From the IMG/VR virus record IMGVR_UViG_3300024308_000007, positions 1 to 62,857 of that record: a stretch of DNA of 62,857 bases; one strand, written 5' to 3'. The notes below the pieces were generated by a model. The model did no database searches. It had not been told where the DNA came from and was given only the letters and a program-made list of their open reading frames with translations. This DNA comes from a virus (Duplodnaviria > Caudoviricetes). Of the stretch, positions 1 through 9,186 are shown piece by piece; positions within the stretch are counted from its first letter, which is position 1, and every line of letters starts with the position of its first letter. Made by a program: the position numbers and the translations under genes.

Positions 1-127
1 GCTGTCCATGGCGCCGTGTTCAAGATGCAGGCGATGACGATGGCCGAAGGAACGCATACACTGGCCAGTGCGGTGCAGTACGGCACCACCAAGGCGATCG
101 GCACCAAAGAGTATCCGCTGACCCTGG
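1..127. repeat. 127-bp terminal direct repeat (circular assembly overlap)
   Basis: 1-127 is identical to 62731-62857, lies inside a CDS, and matches a common assembler k-mer length. Confidence 0.95.
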
Positions 128-237
128 CCACACTGAACAATTTCATGATGGATGTGTCGAAGAACCCCGTCACGAACGCCAGGTGGACGCCGCAGGAAAT
201 CGCCAATGCCGGATTCGGTTTCAGCCTGATTAAATAG
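1..237 (+). CDS. 3' part of tail fibre paralog that starts at 61822 and wraps through the contig junction
   Basis: Frame 1 continues the 61822 ORF across the overlap; ends WTPQEIANAGFGFSLIK like its paralogs. Confidence 0.85.
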   Translation, partial: AVHGAVFKMQAMTMAEGTHTLASAVQYGTTKAIGTKEYPLTLATLNNFMMDVSKNPVTNARWTPQEIANAGFGFSLIK

Positions 238-246
238 GGGATTACG

Positions 247-1371
247 ATGGCCATCATCGTGGCAGAAAACTTCAACTTCCTGGACACCGCATTCGCCGAT
301 GTTAAGGCGTCTTTGCTGGCGCGCGGGTACGTCTTCACCACCGATATGTCTATCTGGAACTCCGGTACAATCCGGACGCAGGTGGAAAACGGGGTGACTC
401 GCCCGTACTTGGTCACATCCAGCGACTACTATGCCAATAGCGGAAACACGTTTAACGCGTTCGGCCTGCCGCTGACCAATAACACGAACCCGTTCTACCT
501 GTCGTTCCGGCTGAAACTTAACGCCCCGTCGGCAAGCAACATGGTCGAATTTGGTATAGATACGCAGGGCAGCGCGGCTCTTGGTGCCAACCGTTTATTA
601 CGCGTCTTCAACACCGGCGGTCAGTTGCAGATTTTCCCTGGTTCCGGAACATCGGCTTCTGTCGGCGGAAAATACATCGTGATGCCTTATAACCAGTGGG
701 TCATGATTGAGGTGTTCCGTGCGGCGGACGGCAAGGTGAAAGTGTGGGTGGACGATATGCTGCTACTTGGCGCGTCTAACTTCGTTAACACGGCGCCGGT
801 GGCCGCTAACCCACGCGTCTACCTTGGGCCATTCCGTAACGGGAATTTCATTCAGGGTCGGTATGAATGGTTGATCTCCGACCTGGTGCTGGTAGATGCC
901 GCACTGCCGGGGCAACAAAACCGCGTCGGATCTACCGGCCGCGTGGAATCCGTACCCTACACCGCCGACGTCACCGCCGAGTGGGCGCCCCCTGCCGGTG
1001 TTACCGACCCACATAACACGCTGATGACGTCATGGAAGTCGGTGCCAGACACCACGAAGATCCTGACCGGTACCGTTGCTGGCCAGCGCGAGAAATATCA
1101 GGTGGGGGCGGTGCCGAAGTCCCGCGCGGATAACGACGTCGTCCTGGCCGTCGGGATAGAGCGCCGCGCTAATAACGCCGGTGGTGCCGCGCACACATTC
1201 GCATCGGAAATCGACCTGGGCGCTGGCAACGTTGAGGTGGACAGTGTTACGCTGGCCGCCGGAGCCGGATACCAATACATCCCGAAATTCATGGATAAAA
1301 AGCCCGACGGCTCTAACTGGACAATGGCAGACGTCGCTGCCATGAAGTCCGGTTTCGTCGTTAAATCATAA
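247..1371 (+). CDS. tail fibre/virion protein with LamG/concanavalin-like domain (paralog family)
   Basis: 374 aa; WVMIEV...VWVDD beta-sandwich pattern, ISDLVLVD, C-terminal WT...SGFVVK shared with the genes at 58850-62857. Confidence 0.75.
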   Translation: MAIIVAENFNFLDTAFADVKASLLARGYVFTTDMSIWNSGTIRTQVENGVTRPYLVTSSDYYANSGNTFNAFGLPLTNNTNPFYLSFRLKLNAPSASNMVEFGIDTQGSAALGANRLLRVFNTGGQLQIFPGSGTSASVGGKYIVMPYNQWVMIEVFRAADGKVKVWVDDMLLLGASNFVNTAPVAANPRVYLGPFRNGNFIQGRYEWLISDLVLVDAALPGQQNRVGSTGRVESVPYTADVTAEWAPPAGVTDPHNTLMTSWKSVPDTTKILTGTVAGQREKYQVGAVPKSRADNDVVLAVGIERRANNAGGAAHTFASEIDLGAGNVEVDSVTLAAGAGYQYIPKFMDKKPDGSNWTMADVAAMKSGFVVKS

Positions 1372-1380
1372 GGACTTTCC

Positions 1381-3501
1381 ATGGCCGAAGAACTTTACAT
1401 GGGGACATACCGCCTGACCGCCGTTACTGCGCGGTCGATGGCGGTAGATGTCGCGGGCGCGGTACCAACATCCCGCATCGCCATGATCTACGCGGATAGT
1501 CCCAAACTACAGATGGCCACCAGCCGGTTGCTCGCGGTTACGGCGAACACCCGCAGTCCGGACATCCTCGGTGCGGTACCTGCCGCCCGCATGGCCATGA
1601 TCTATTCCGACCCGCCGAATTTCCAGATGGCCAATTACAGGGTGTCGGTGGTCACGGCGAACACCCGCAGTCCGGACATCCTCGGCCTCGCTACGGCGGG
1701 GCGCGTCGCTTTCGTTATTTCCCCGCCAGCGGGATACGCGGCCGCCGGACGCATCGCTTTTATCATCAACCAGCAGGAAACCGGACCGGCCGCATACGTG
1801 CCGCAGTTCTTCATGAAGGTGCAGCAGAAGGAAGCCTGGCCAACGGTGGACGACACGGTTTCCACGACGCGCGCGCTGCAGGTGTTCCAGAAAGTCGTCC
1901 AGAAAGAGGACGTCACGATGCCGTGGTCGCAGACCCGCGTCGTCTCCGAATCGCTGAAAGTCCTGCAGCAGCTTGCCTATGCGTTCGACCAGTCGAACAC
2001 CCGCGTCATGTCCGAAGCCATGCAGGTTCTCCAGTCCGACCTTCACCAGCACATTCCGGTTTCCATGGACTACGTGCTGTCGGAAGCCATGCAGGTCGTC
2101 CAGCAGACCCCGATGCAGATCTGGCAATCGCCACATTACGCGCTGTCACTGGCGCAGTGGGAGCTATACAAAACGCCGATGGGATTCCTGCCGCGCTCGA
2201 CTACCACGGCATACCACACGTCGCTGAAAGTGCTGCAGGGGACGGAAGAAGGGTATCTGCCATGGTCGACAACAACCGTTGGTCAGGTGGCCGTGAAGAC
2301 CCTGTTCGACTATGTGTCGCCGATGCCGGATCAGGGTACCAACGAGGTCTACCAGGAAACGCTGCTGGCGCTGCAGCACACCGACGGCGAAGTCGGCATC
2401 GTTGGTCCGGAAGAGGCGCGCCAGTTGGCCATGCAGGCACTACAGAGTGCGCCGGCCCCGCTGCCGCAGTCGGACACCCGCGCGCTGTCGCTGGCGGAAT
2501 TCGTGCTGCAGGAAGAACACTACGACCCGCCGGAAAGCATTGGCAAGACCAGCGGGCTACAGACGGTCATGAAAGTGGCCATCGAATCTACTGATTTCAT
2601 CAATCCGGAAATCATGCAGTCGCAGACGCCAGTTCGCCAGGTTGTCGTGAAAGCGCTGCAGGAATCCGAGCCGATGGAAATGTGGGTGTCTCCGGCCATT
2701 GTGCCGCAGGCGCACATCGAATGGCTGCAGGGCGCGGACTACCCGTCCCCTGGCGACATGGTACCGCCCGACAAAGCGGCACTGGTGACGCAGTTGGGTA
2801 TCCGCACCCTGCAACACGCCGACTTCGATAAACCACAATCCAATACGCGCGCGCTGCAGATGGTCCAGATGACATCGCAGTACCTGTTCTACACGCCAGC
2901 GTCTGACCTCGCCGAGAAGGGGATCTTTATCGGACAAATGATGGAGGCGGTAGCGCGGGAAGTGTCGTATCCTGATCCTGCAGAGCCGATTTCACCGGTT
3001 TATGCAGATCAGATAGCCGTGATTGCCGCTTATACCGACGACAAGTTCCCGGACCCGACAAAAGAAGCCAAACCAGGCGAAGCATTCCTGGTCGTAGAAA
3101 CCATCGCGTCCGGCGTGGAATACCCTGATCCTAGCGTTAGCCAGGTGTGGGCGGAAGTAACGCAGACAATCGTGCAAAAATCGTCCAGCGATACTTTCCC
3201 TGACCCGTCGGTTCCGGTATCATCCGTCGCCCTAACGCAAATTTCGATTCAGGCTTCCACCAATGCGGATTATCCAGATCCGGCGAACATGGTGTCTCCT
3301 GCCGAAGTGAGCCAGGCAATTAGTCAGGTGTCTCACAAATCAACGTTCCCGAATCCAGCTAATCCGGCGTCCACAATAACTGTCGATCAGACGTTACAGA
3401 TGGTGGCCATACCGGATGTGACTCTGTACGGGGTACCAGATTATGCGATTAAACACCGTCCAATTATCACAATCAGCATCGTGTACATTCAAACGTCTTG
3501 A
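1381..3501 (+). CDS. repeat-rich tail fibre protein
   Basis: 706 aa; 38-aa N-terminal repeats, SxTR/VLQ repeats and YPDP/FPDP repeats; last structural gene before lysis, as in Chi-like phages. Confidence 0.7.
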   Translation: MAEELYMGTYRLTAVTARSMAVDVAGAVPTSRIAMIYADSPKLQMATSRLLAVTANTRSPDILGAVPAARMAMIYSDPPNFQMANYRVSVVTANTRSPDILGLATAGRVAFVISPPAGYAAAGRIAFIINQQETGPAAYVPQFFMKVQQKEAWPTVDDTVSTTRALQVFQKVVQKEDVTMPWSQTRVVSESLKVLQQLAYAFDQSNTRVMSEAMQVLQSDLHQHIPVSMDYVLSEAMQVVQQTPMQIWQSPHYALSLAQWELYKTPMGFLPRSTTTAYHTSLKVLQGTEEGYLPWSTTTVGQVAVKTLFDYVSPMPDQGTNEVYQETLLALQHTDGEVGIVGPEEARQLAMQALQSAPAPLPQSDTRALSLAEFVLQEEHYDPPESIGKTSGLQTVMKVAIESTDFINPEIMQSQTPVRQVVVKALQESEPMEMWVSPAIVPQAHIEWLQGADYPSPGDMVPPDKAALVTQLGIRTLQHADFDKPQSNTRALQMVQMTSQYLFYTPASDLAEKGIFIGQMMEAVAREVSYPDPAEPISPVYADQIAVIAAYTDDKFPDPTKEAKPGEAFLVVETIASGVEYPDPSVSQVWAEVTQTIVQKSSSDTFPDPSVPVSSVALTQISIQASTNADYPDPANMVSPAEVSQAISQVSHKSTFPNPANPASTITVDQTLQMVAIPDVTLYGVPDYAIKHRPIITISIVYIQTS

Positions 3502-3547
3502 GGTATCCTTGAGGCGCGGATTACGCACTGCTACAGGGGGGTTATTT

Positions 3548-3826
3548 GTGAGCGACATTCCAGCGGGGGGTGCGCGCGAAAAAGTTAACTGGATTTCGTT
3601 GATCGGCGTCATGGTCACGATCCTCAGTTTAGGCGCGGCGGGGCTGCAGTACATCGGTACCGTCAACGCCAAAGCAGACTTCGCGCTTGCGCAGATCTCG
3701 GAAATGAAAACGCAACAGCGACAGTCGTCAGCCGATACCAGAGATGACCTCAAAAGTATCAACGCCAAACTGGATAACCTTATCCTGACTGTCGGCCGAA
3801 ATGGGACCACTAACGGGAAATACTAA
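3548..3826 (+). CDS. putative holin
   Basis: GTG start after AGGGGG; one N-terminal hydrophobic helix then coiled coil; immediately upstream of the endolysin. Confidence 0.6.
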   Translation: MSDIPAGGAREKVNWISLIGVMVTILSLGAAGLQYIGTVNAKADFALAQISEMKTQQRQSSADTRDDLKSINAKLDNLILTVGRNGTTNGKY

Positions 3827-3828
3827 CA

Positions 3829-4527
3829 ATGGCCAAACAACAGCCACGCGGGATTCGTAACAACAATCCCGGCAACATTGAATGGGGATCGCCGTGGCAG
3901 GGCTTAGTACCTGCCTCACAAAAAACCGACCCGCGCTTCGCTCAGTTCGTTGACCCCGTCAGCGGTATCAGGGCGATCGCGGTGACGTTGATCACGTACT
4001 ACGACAAGCGCAAGGCTAACGACGGCAGCAAGATTGACTCGGTACGCGAGGTGATCGAGCGCTGGGCGCCAGCCACGGAAAACAACGTGACCGCTTACGC
4101 CAAGCAGGTCGCCGCGTTGCTGAAAGTCGACCCGAACTCGGAAACCCTGAACATGCACGACTACGATACCCTTCGTGGTCTGGTGGAAGGGATTATTCGC
4201 CACGAGAACGGGCCTGGTCCTCTGACCAACGGTAACACCTGGTACAAGGACGATGTCATCCAGGAAGCGCTGCGCCGCGCCGGTGTAGTGCCTACCGAGA
4301 AGAAAGTCGTCACCACTACCACCGTGGCCGCAACCGCGACCGCCGGTGTGGGTATCGACCAACTGGCGGGCGTTATCCCGCAGGTCACCTCGGCAATCAG
4401 TAACAGCCGCGATGACCTGACGTCCGGCGAATGGATGCGCATCGCTATCGGCGTCGTCATGGTGGGGGCGGCCATCGCGCTGGCGTACTCCCACTGGCGC
4501 CGTCAGAAGCTGGCCACGGCGGCGTAA
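3829..4527 (+). CDS. endolysin (lysozyme-like, RNNNPGNI family) with C-terminal hydrophobic helix
   Basis: RGIRNNNPGNI...F...GIRA...IERWAP..ENN...IIRHENG motif set; position in lysis cassette. Confidence 0.8.
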   Translation: MAKQQPRGIRNNNPGNIEWGSPWQGLVPASQKTDPRFAQFVDPVSGIRAIAVTLITYYDKRKANDGSKIDSVREVIERWAPATENNVTAYAKQVAALLKVDPNSETLNMHDYDTLRGLVEGIIRHENGPGPLTNGNTWYKDDVIQEALRRAGVVPTEKKVVTTTTVAATATAGVGIDQLAGVIPQVTSAISNSRDDLTSGEWMRIAIGVVMVGAAIALAYSHWRRQKLATAA

Positions 4528-4769
4528 TGGCCATCTGGCAACGGATTAAAGGGTGGCTCATTGTGGCCGCCCTTTTCGTTGGTGGTCTGTTCACTGCGTT
4601 CTATCGGGGCCGGCGCGACGGCAAAGAGGAACAGAAACAGGAGCAGATGGTCAACGACTTCCAGGTTCACGTTGAAGCGGAGAAGAAGATCAATGAAGCG
4701 CGCCAGGATGTTAACTCTATGTCTGATGACGATCTCAATAAGCGTACTGACGACTGGATGCGGGACTAA
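4527..4769 (+). CDS. i-spanin (Rz-like)
   Basis: TAATG overlap with endolysin stop; N-terminal TM helix plus coiled coil. Confidence 0.7.
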   Translation: MAIWQRIKGWLIVAALFVGGLFTAFYRGRRDGKEEQKQEQMVNDFQVHVEAEKKINEARQDVNSMSDDDLNKRTDDWMRD

Positions 4770-4929
4770 GCCGACGCTGGCACCCGCGTTTTGTTCGGTG
4801 GCCACGCCGTTCTACCCAAGCCGGAAAGACGTGCTGACGGACGGGACAAAGCGGCAAATCGTCACCCACAATGAAATCGGTGTCCGGCTATGCGGCTGGC
4901 AACCACCGAATAAAAAGAACCCCGCGTAG
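4693..4929 (+). CDS. o-spanin (Rz1-like lipoprotein)
   Basis: Overlaps the i-spanin in another frame; signal peptide MKRARMLTLCLMTISISVLTTGC ending in a lipobox-like Cys. Confidence 0.7.
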   Translation: MKRARMLTLCLMTISISVLTTGCGTKPTLAPAFCSVATPFYPSRKDVLTDGTKRQIVTHNEIGVRLCGWQPPNKKNPA

Positions 4930-4944
4930 TGCGGGGTTTTCATT
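4912..4944. terminator. bidirectional intrinsic terminator
   Basis: AAAAAGAACCCCGC-GTAGT-GCGGGGTTTT between convergent late and early operons. Confidence 0.8.
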
Positions 4945-5519
4945 TAGAGGGGCTTACCGAATCCCTTGGCCACCGAACGATCGGGGTCGTCTTCGGCGAG
5001 ATCCCATACCGTCTGTTCGCGCGCTTTCGCAAACTCGTCCATGGCCAGACTGTCCCCGAACGCTTTAACCGCGAACTGTTCCACCATCCGGATGGCCTCT
5101 TCCTTCCCTGACAGGTGGTCGGGGTCATCCATCTGATAGAGATACGCGGCATACGCGCCCAATGCTTTGCCGGTCATCAACCATGCACCGTCGGGGTCGG
5201 TGGCGTCGTACAGGCTCTTCTCTGCCGGTTCGAACTCCACGTCGCGGATTTGCGATTGCCCCGGACCGGTGATCCCGCGCACCTTCACCAGTTCTTTCAC
5301 CAGGCGCGCATGTTCTTCCAGTTGGCGATGGACAGGGATGGTGTTGTCGAACACCGCCGTCATCGTTCTCCCGTCCGCCAGGTAGACGTCGAAATGCGCG
5401 CTGTCTTTGTCCGTCGCTGGCCAGAATACTCCGACCGCCCTGACGTCCTGTAAGTCCAGCAGCAGGCCGCCCATGGCGTTTCCGCGCAGGCCGTTCGTGT
5501 TGATGTAGTGCATGGACAT
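4944..5519 (-). CDS. hypothetical protein
   Basis: 191 aa, coupled to upstream gene by TAATG overlap. Confidence 0.7.
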   Translation of the reverse strand: MSMHYINTNGLRGNAMGGLLLDLQDVRAVGVFWPATDKDSAHFDVYLADGRTMTAVFDNTIPVHRQLEEHARLVKELVKVRGITGPGQSQIRDVEFEPAEKSLYDATDPDGAWLMTGKALGAYAAYLYQMDDPDHLSGKEEAIRMVEQFAVKAFGDSLAMDEFAKAREQTVWDLAEDDPDRSVAKGFGKPL

Positions 5520-6571
5520 TAGATGTCCTCCTCAAAGCTGTCAGGACGGGAATTGCGCTCGGCTTCCAGTTCCAGGTGCATCACTGCAGCGCACGAATAA
5601 ACGATGGCGCCAAGGATCTCTTTGACGTCCTGGCCATACGGCAGGCCGGTACACTCTTCCAGCTTTTTGGATGCCTGGCCGAGCAGGAAGCCGGTACCGA
5701 ATTTATCCGCCAGTTGCATCAACGGCTGCTTGGCGAACGGCTTGTTGTTGGCGTGGCGCTCTTTCCCTTTACCGCGCGCTGCCTGGTCATACGCCAGAGC
5801 CAGGACGTGGAAGAGGTCGTCGTATCCCGGCACCGTGCGTATCCAGTGCAGCTTACCTTCGAACAGTTCGTCTTTCAGGCGGCTAATGAACTGGTCGGGG
5901 ACGTTCCGGCCATGGGTCTGCGTATAGAATCCGGTGTTCGGCTTTTTCGTGCCTGCCCGCGGCATCTCCGGAACCGGCGGCGGGGCTTCGTCCCATGGCA
6001 GCGGCGGCAGGCTGTTACGGAACAGCAACGGGGTGATCTCCCATCCGCGCGCTTTGATGAACATGAGGAAGTTCGACGCGTCCGCCATGTGGCCTTTCAG
6101 GATGTTCTTGAACGCCAGTTCTAATGCGTCTTTCACTCTAAAGGATTCATCATCCCATCGCATGAAGTCGAGATCCCCGCCGCGCTTCTCGCCCTGCAGC
6201 AGACCGCCGAACATCAAGTCGATGTGGACTTTGAACACTTCCTGCAGGTGGACAGGTATGCCGCTCAGGTCGATTTCGAACACGTTCGGGTTAGGCTTGG
6301 GTACCGGAGCAGGAGGGAAGTATCCACACAATGCCAGTTGTTCTTTCAACTTATTGTGGAAACGGCTTTCCGGCTTGCCGAGGACGTATTTTACCTCTGC
6401 GGCGAACTGTTCCGGAGTCGGATTCGAATTTGGGCGGCAATCTGACACACGTTCTGGCGCGACCTTTTCGAACCCTGTTTTTTGCAGAACTTTTATCAGT
6501 TCGTTCAGTTCACGGTCGCCGCCGTTACGGGCCAGCACGTCTTCCACCCAACGTACATTTCTCATGCTCAT
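5519..6571 (-). CDS. hypothetical protein with putative all-alpha NTP pyrophosphohydrolase-like domains
   Basis: 350 aa; KGHMADASNFLMF and AYDQAARGKGKERHA...GQASKKLEE...EILGAIVY motifs. Confidence 0.55.
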   Translation of the reverse strand: MSMRNVRWVEDVLARNGGDRELNELIKVLQKTGFEKVAPERVSDCRPNSNPTPEQFAAEVKYVLGKPESRFHNKLKEQLALCGYFPPAPVPKPNPNVFEIDLSGIPVHLQEVFKVHIDLMFGGLLQGEKRGGDLDFMRWDDESFRVKDALELAFKNILKGHMADASNFLMFIKARGWEITPLLFRNSLPPLPWDEAPPPVPEMPRAGTKKPNTGFYTQTHGRNVPDQFISRLKDELFEGKLHWIRTVPGYDDLFHVLALAYDQAARGKGKERHANNKPFAKQPLMQLADKFGTGFLLGQASKKLEECTGLPYGQDVKEILGAIVYSCAAVMHLELEAERNSRPDSFEEDI

Positions 6572-6573
6572 GA

Positions 6574-7443
6574 TTAACCTTCCAGTGCGTAGTTTTCGTC
6601 GCCCGCTTCGTCAGCGGAGATGGTGTTTGTGGCGGCCGTCAGTGTGTGGCCATGGAGTTCGCAGAACATTTTAAAGTCAACTTCTGCGGCGTCTTTCTCT
6701 TCCTGAGTTTTCGCGTTGATATAGTTCACGTAGAGGTGCATAGCCTGGTTGCAGTCTTCGACGCTGCTGAAATGCAACTTGGCAGGGTCGAACGCATACA
6801 GGTTTCCTGTTTCATCGTTGAACATGAAGTACGGGAACACCTCGTCGTGAACCTGGTACTGCCAGATTCCATCGCCGACCGGCTCCCACATCTGCCAGTC
6901 CTGATTGCGCTTCACCTCGGCGCGCTGCTGCTGGTTGGTCGACAACTGCAGGATGACGCGGAGGGTGCGGCCGCCGATCATGCGCGACACCTTCTTCTGG
7001 TGCTTATTGCGGGCGCGGTGCAGGTGTTCGGCTTCCTCTTTCACCCCATCCATTGTGCGGCCGCCCACGCGGCGTTTGTACTCCATGGCGCGCTGGTTGG
7101 TGAACTCGCGCATGATGTTATTGCTATGCACCTGGTAGTTGAAGATCAGGTCGCCGATTACTGTGGCGCCGCGGTTAGACGGGGCCGGCAGCACACGTCT
7201 TTTCGGCATTTCTTTCACGTACCCGCCGGTGCGGAAGTGCATGTTCTTCTGGCGCTTCTTCGCGTCGACCTTCTCGTTCCAGTCGTCTCGGTCAGCGGCG
7301 GCCATTAATTCCTGGCGAGCGTCTTCGCGGGACTTCTTGCCGTATGGCGCTGCCAGTGCCGGAGATTTACCGATAGAACGGCCGCCGGACAGTCCTAACA
7401 TAGTTGCCATGACAGCCATGGATTTCATGCCTAACGTTCTCAT
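6574..7443 (-). CDS. hypothetical protein
   Basis: 289 aa; AAGGA RBS; first gene after the promoter at about 7508. Confidence 0.7.
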   Translation of the reverse strand: MRTLGMKSMAVMATMLGLSGGRSIGKSPALAAPYGKKSREDARQELMAAADRDDWNEKVDAKKRQKNMHFRTGGYVKEMPKRRVLPAPSNRGATVIGDLIFNYQVHSNNIMREFTNQRAMEYKRRVGGRTMDGVKEEAEHLHRARNKHQKKVSRMIGGRTLRVILQLSTNQQQRAEVKRNQDWQMWEPVGDGIWQYQVHDEVFPYFMFNDETGNLYAFDPAKLHFSSVEDCNQAMHLYVNYINAKTQEEKDAAEVDFKMFCELHGHTLTAATNTISADEAGDENYALEG

Positions 7444-7478
7444 TTGTTCGTCCTTAGTGACGTGTTGAAGTTAATGAC

Positions 7479-7508
7479 AAAATACACCACCGTTGATTCG
7501 CATGTCAA
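7479..7508 (-). promoter_or_regulatory. sigma70-like early promoter
   Basis: TTGACA-18 nt-TATTTT on the minus strand. Confidence 0.65.
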
Positions 7509-7524
7509 CGAGTTTTCAGGAAAT

Positions 7525-7549
7525 AAAAAATCCGGCTCGAAAGCCGGAT
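7525..7549 (-). terminator. intrinsic terminator
   Basis: ATCCGGCT-TTCG-AGCCGGAT followed by a T tract on the minus strand, downstream of the adenine methyltransferase. Confidence 0.75.
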
Positions 7550-7573
7550 CTCTTATCCCATCCCTGGAGGCTA

Positions 7574-8260
7574 CTACAACGAAAATGACTGGATATGTCG
7601 CTGCCGGAACTCTGCCAGTTCTTCCGCTCGCTGCCGACCGAATGCCAGAAGTTCTTTCCGGTGAATGTACACTGGTTCCTTGTCGCGGGGCAAGTGCTTA
7701 TTGAACACCAGCACGGCGCAGCCAAAGAACGCTGACTGCCGCGGTACCCGCTCTTTCGCGTTAAACCAGACCGGACGTTCGAACGCGACGCGCCCCTTGA
7801 TGAAGATGGTGCGATCCGGTTCGGTGTCCGGCCACCACGTCTCGCTGGTAGCGGCTTTAATCAGGAATGCGAAACGGCCGCCGCGCTCCCGTTCTTCCAG
7901 CGCCTTGTTGATAATCGGCGCCATACCGGTAATAGTCTCGCCCTCGTCCGACTGGATGATCGAATAAGGTGGATTAGCAAAGGCATAATCAGGCTCCCCG
8001 TTGGTTATCTCCTGCAGGCGGCCGGTCCAGTCCTGCAGCAGAGCGTTGTCCTCTGCAGTAAAGTATTCCGGACACTTGGAGTTTTGGCCATCGGTAAACA
8101 GGTCCAGCACGAACTTAGGCTGGCGGCGCTTCTCCGGCGGCAGCAGGATTTCGATGCCGTGGAAAAGCGCGTCACCGGTACGCCACTGGTCGCCCACCTC
8201 TTTCAGTTCGTGGTAGCGCTGATCCTTTACCGCTTCCAGTCGGCGCACATAGCTGTTCAT
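7574..8260 (-). CDS. dam: phage N6-adenine DNA methyltransferase (phage Dam family)
   Basis: DQWRT, FVLDLFTDGQNSKC, YFTAEDNAL, ANPPYS catalytic motif, AATSETWWP, GRVAF. Confidence 0.88.
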   Translation of the reverse strand: MNSYVRRLEAVKDQRYHELKEVGDQWRTGDALFHGIEILLPPEKRRQPKFVLDLFTDGQNSKCPEYFTAEDNALLQDWTGRLQEITNGEPDYAFANPPYSIIQSDEGETITGMAPIINKALEERERGGRFAFLIKAATSETWWPDTEPDRTIFIKGRVAFERPVWFNAKERVPRQSAFFGCAVLVFNKHLPRDKEPVYIHRKELLAFGRQRAEELAEFRQRHIQSFSL

Positions 8261-8511
8261 GCGGGCGCCCCCAGTCTCAGGTTACGACAAACGGCTTCCA
8301 GCAGCGCCCATTGTTCGGTCTGCTGGGTGCCGTCGGCGAACTGGATGGTCACGCGGCACGGACGCGCGGCCATGGACGCCAGGACTTTCACCGACTCGTT
8401 CCCCTCGGCGAAAATGTAGACCGCGCCGGTGCTGGCCACTGTCTGCGTTTTCAGCCCGTTGCGGTCGGCCATGCGCTGTACGCGCTCAGTGAATTCGTCT
8501 TTCCGGCTCAA
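8257..8511 (-). CDS. hypothetical protein
   Basis: 84 aa; 4-nt overlaps with both neighbours. Confidence 0.6.
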   Translation of the reverse strand: MSRKDEFTERVQRMADRNGLKTQTVASTGAVYIFAEGNESVKVLASMAARPCRVTIQFADGTQQTEQWALLEAVCRNLRLGAPA

Positions 8512-8798
8512 AACGTTTCCCCCTTATGCAGCAGGTCGGCGTCACGCAGGCGGACGAAGTATTCCTGCGCTTTCATGGCGGCCACGTCGGAGCGCTGCTG
8601 CAGGTCTTTGGCGCGGCTGTCCAGGCGAACGTTGGCATCCTGCAGACCTTCAATCTGTTCGTACAGCAGGTCGAACAGGACGGCCATTGGTTGACCGGCG
8701 GCCATTAAGCCGGACACCTCTTCCGGCGTGAATTCGGTGCGGTCACTGATCTGCTGGATAACCAGTGCGCGTTTCGTGTCTTTAGCGGATGAAGTCAT
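8508..8798 (-). CDS. hypothetical coiled-coil protein
   Basis: 96 aa; ATGA-type overlap. Confidence 0.6.
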   Translation of the reverse strand: MTSSAKDTKRALVIQQISDRTEFTPEEVSGLMAAGQPMAVLFDLLYEQIEGLQDANVRLDSRAKDLQQRSDVAAMKAQEYFVRLRDADLLHKGETF

Positions 8799-8992
8799 AA
8801 CTGTTTTATCCCTTCCAGATAGTTCTTAATGATGCCTACATACCATTTGCGCATGATGTAGGACGCGTTTCGGAATCCTCGCCATGCACCCGCGATGATC
8901 TGCATGGCGAAGACGCCAGGCGCGGCCACTGTCGCCACGGCGAGGTTGACGGTGGCAAGGACGAGGGCGAGACACAGCAAGAGCGGTTTCAT
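8795..8992 (-). CDS. hypothetical membrane protein
   Basis: Start MKPLLLCLALVL overlaps the upstream stop (TAATG); hydrophobic N-terminus. Confidence 0.55.
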   Translation of the reverse strand: MKPLLLCLALVLATVNLAVATVAAPGVFAMQIIAGAWRGFRNASYIMRKWYVGIIKNYLEGIKQL

Positions 8993-9186
8993 TAATCCCA
9001 CTTCCTGTATCTGCCTTTGGTCGGGCGGTGAATCCCCTTCCCTAACGACCGCTCGCGTTTTCCGACTTCGGCCTCGGATACGCATTCAGGGACGTCTGCG
9101 TCATCGACGTCCCAACTTTTTCCACACCCAGGACAAACGAACTGATCTGTCGTCCGGTACTTACTGCGATGATTGTGATTTGTCAT
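8992..9186 (-). CDS. small CxxC protein
   Basis: 64 aa; CPGCGKSWDVDD...PEC. Confidence 0.6.
   Translation of the reverse strand: MTNHNHRSKYRTTDQFVCPGCGKSWDVDDADVPECVSEAEVGKRERSLGKGIHRPTKGRYRKWD

Noticed and set aside
1-127. Terminal direct repeat as a biological DTR
   Set aside because: It is exactly 127 bp, lies inside a CDS, and a cos candidate exists elsewhere, so it is an assembly overlap
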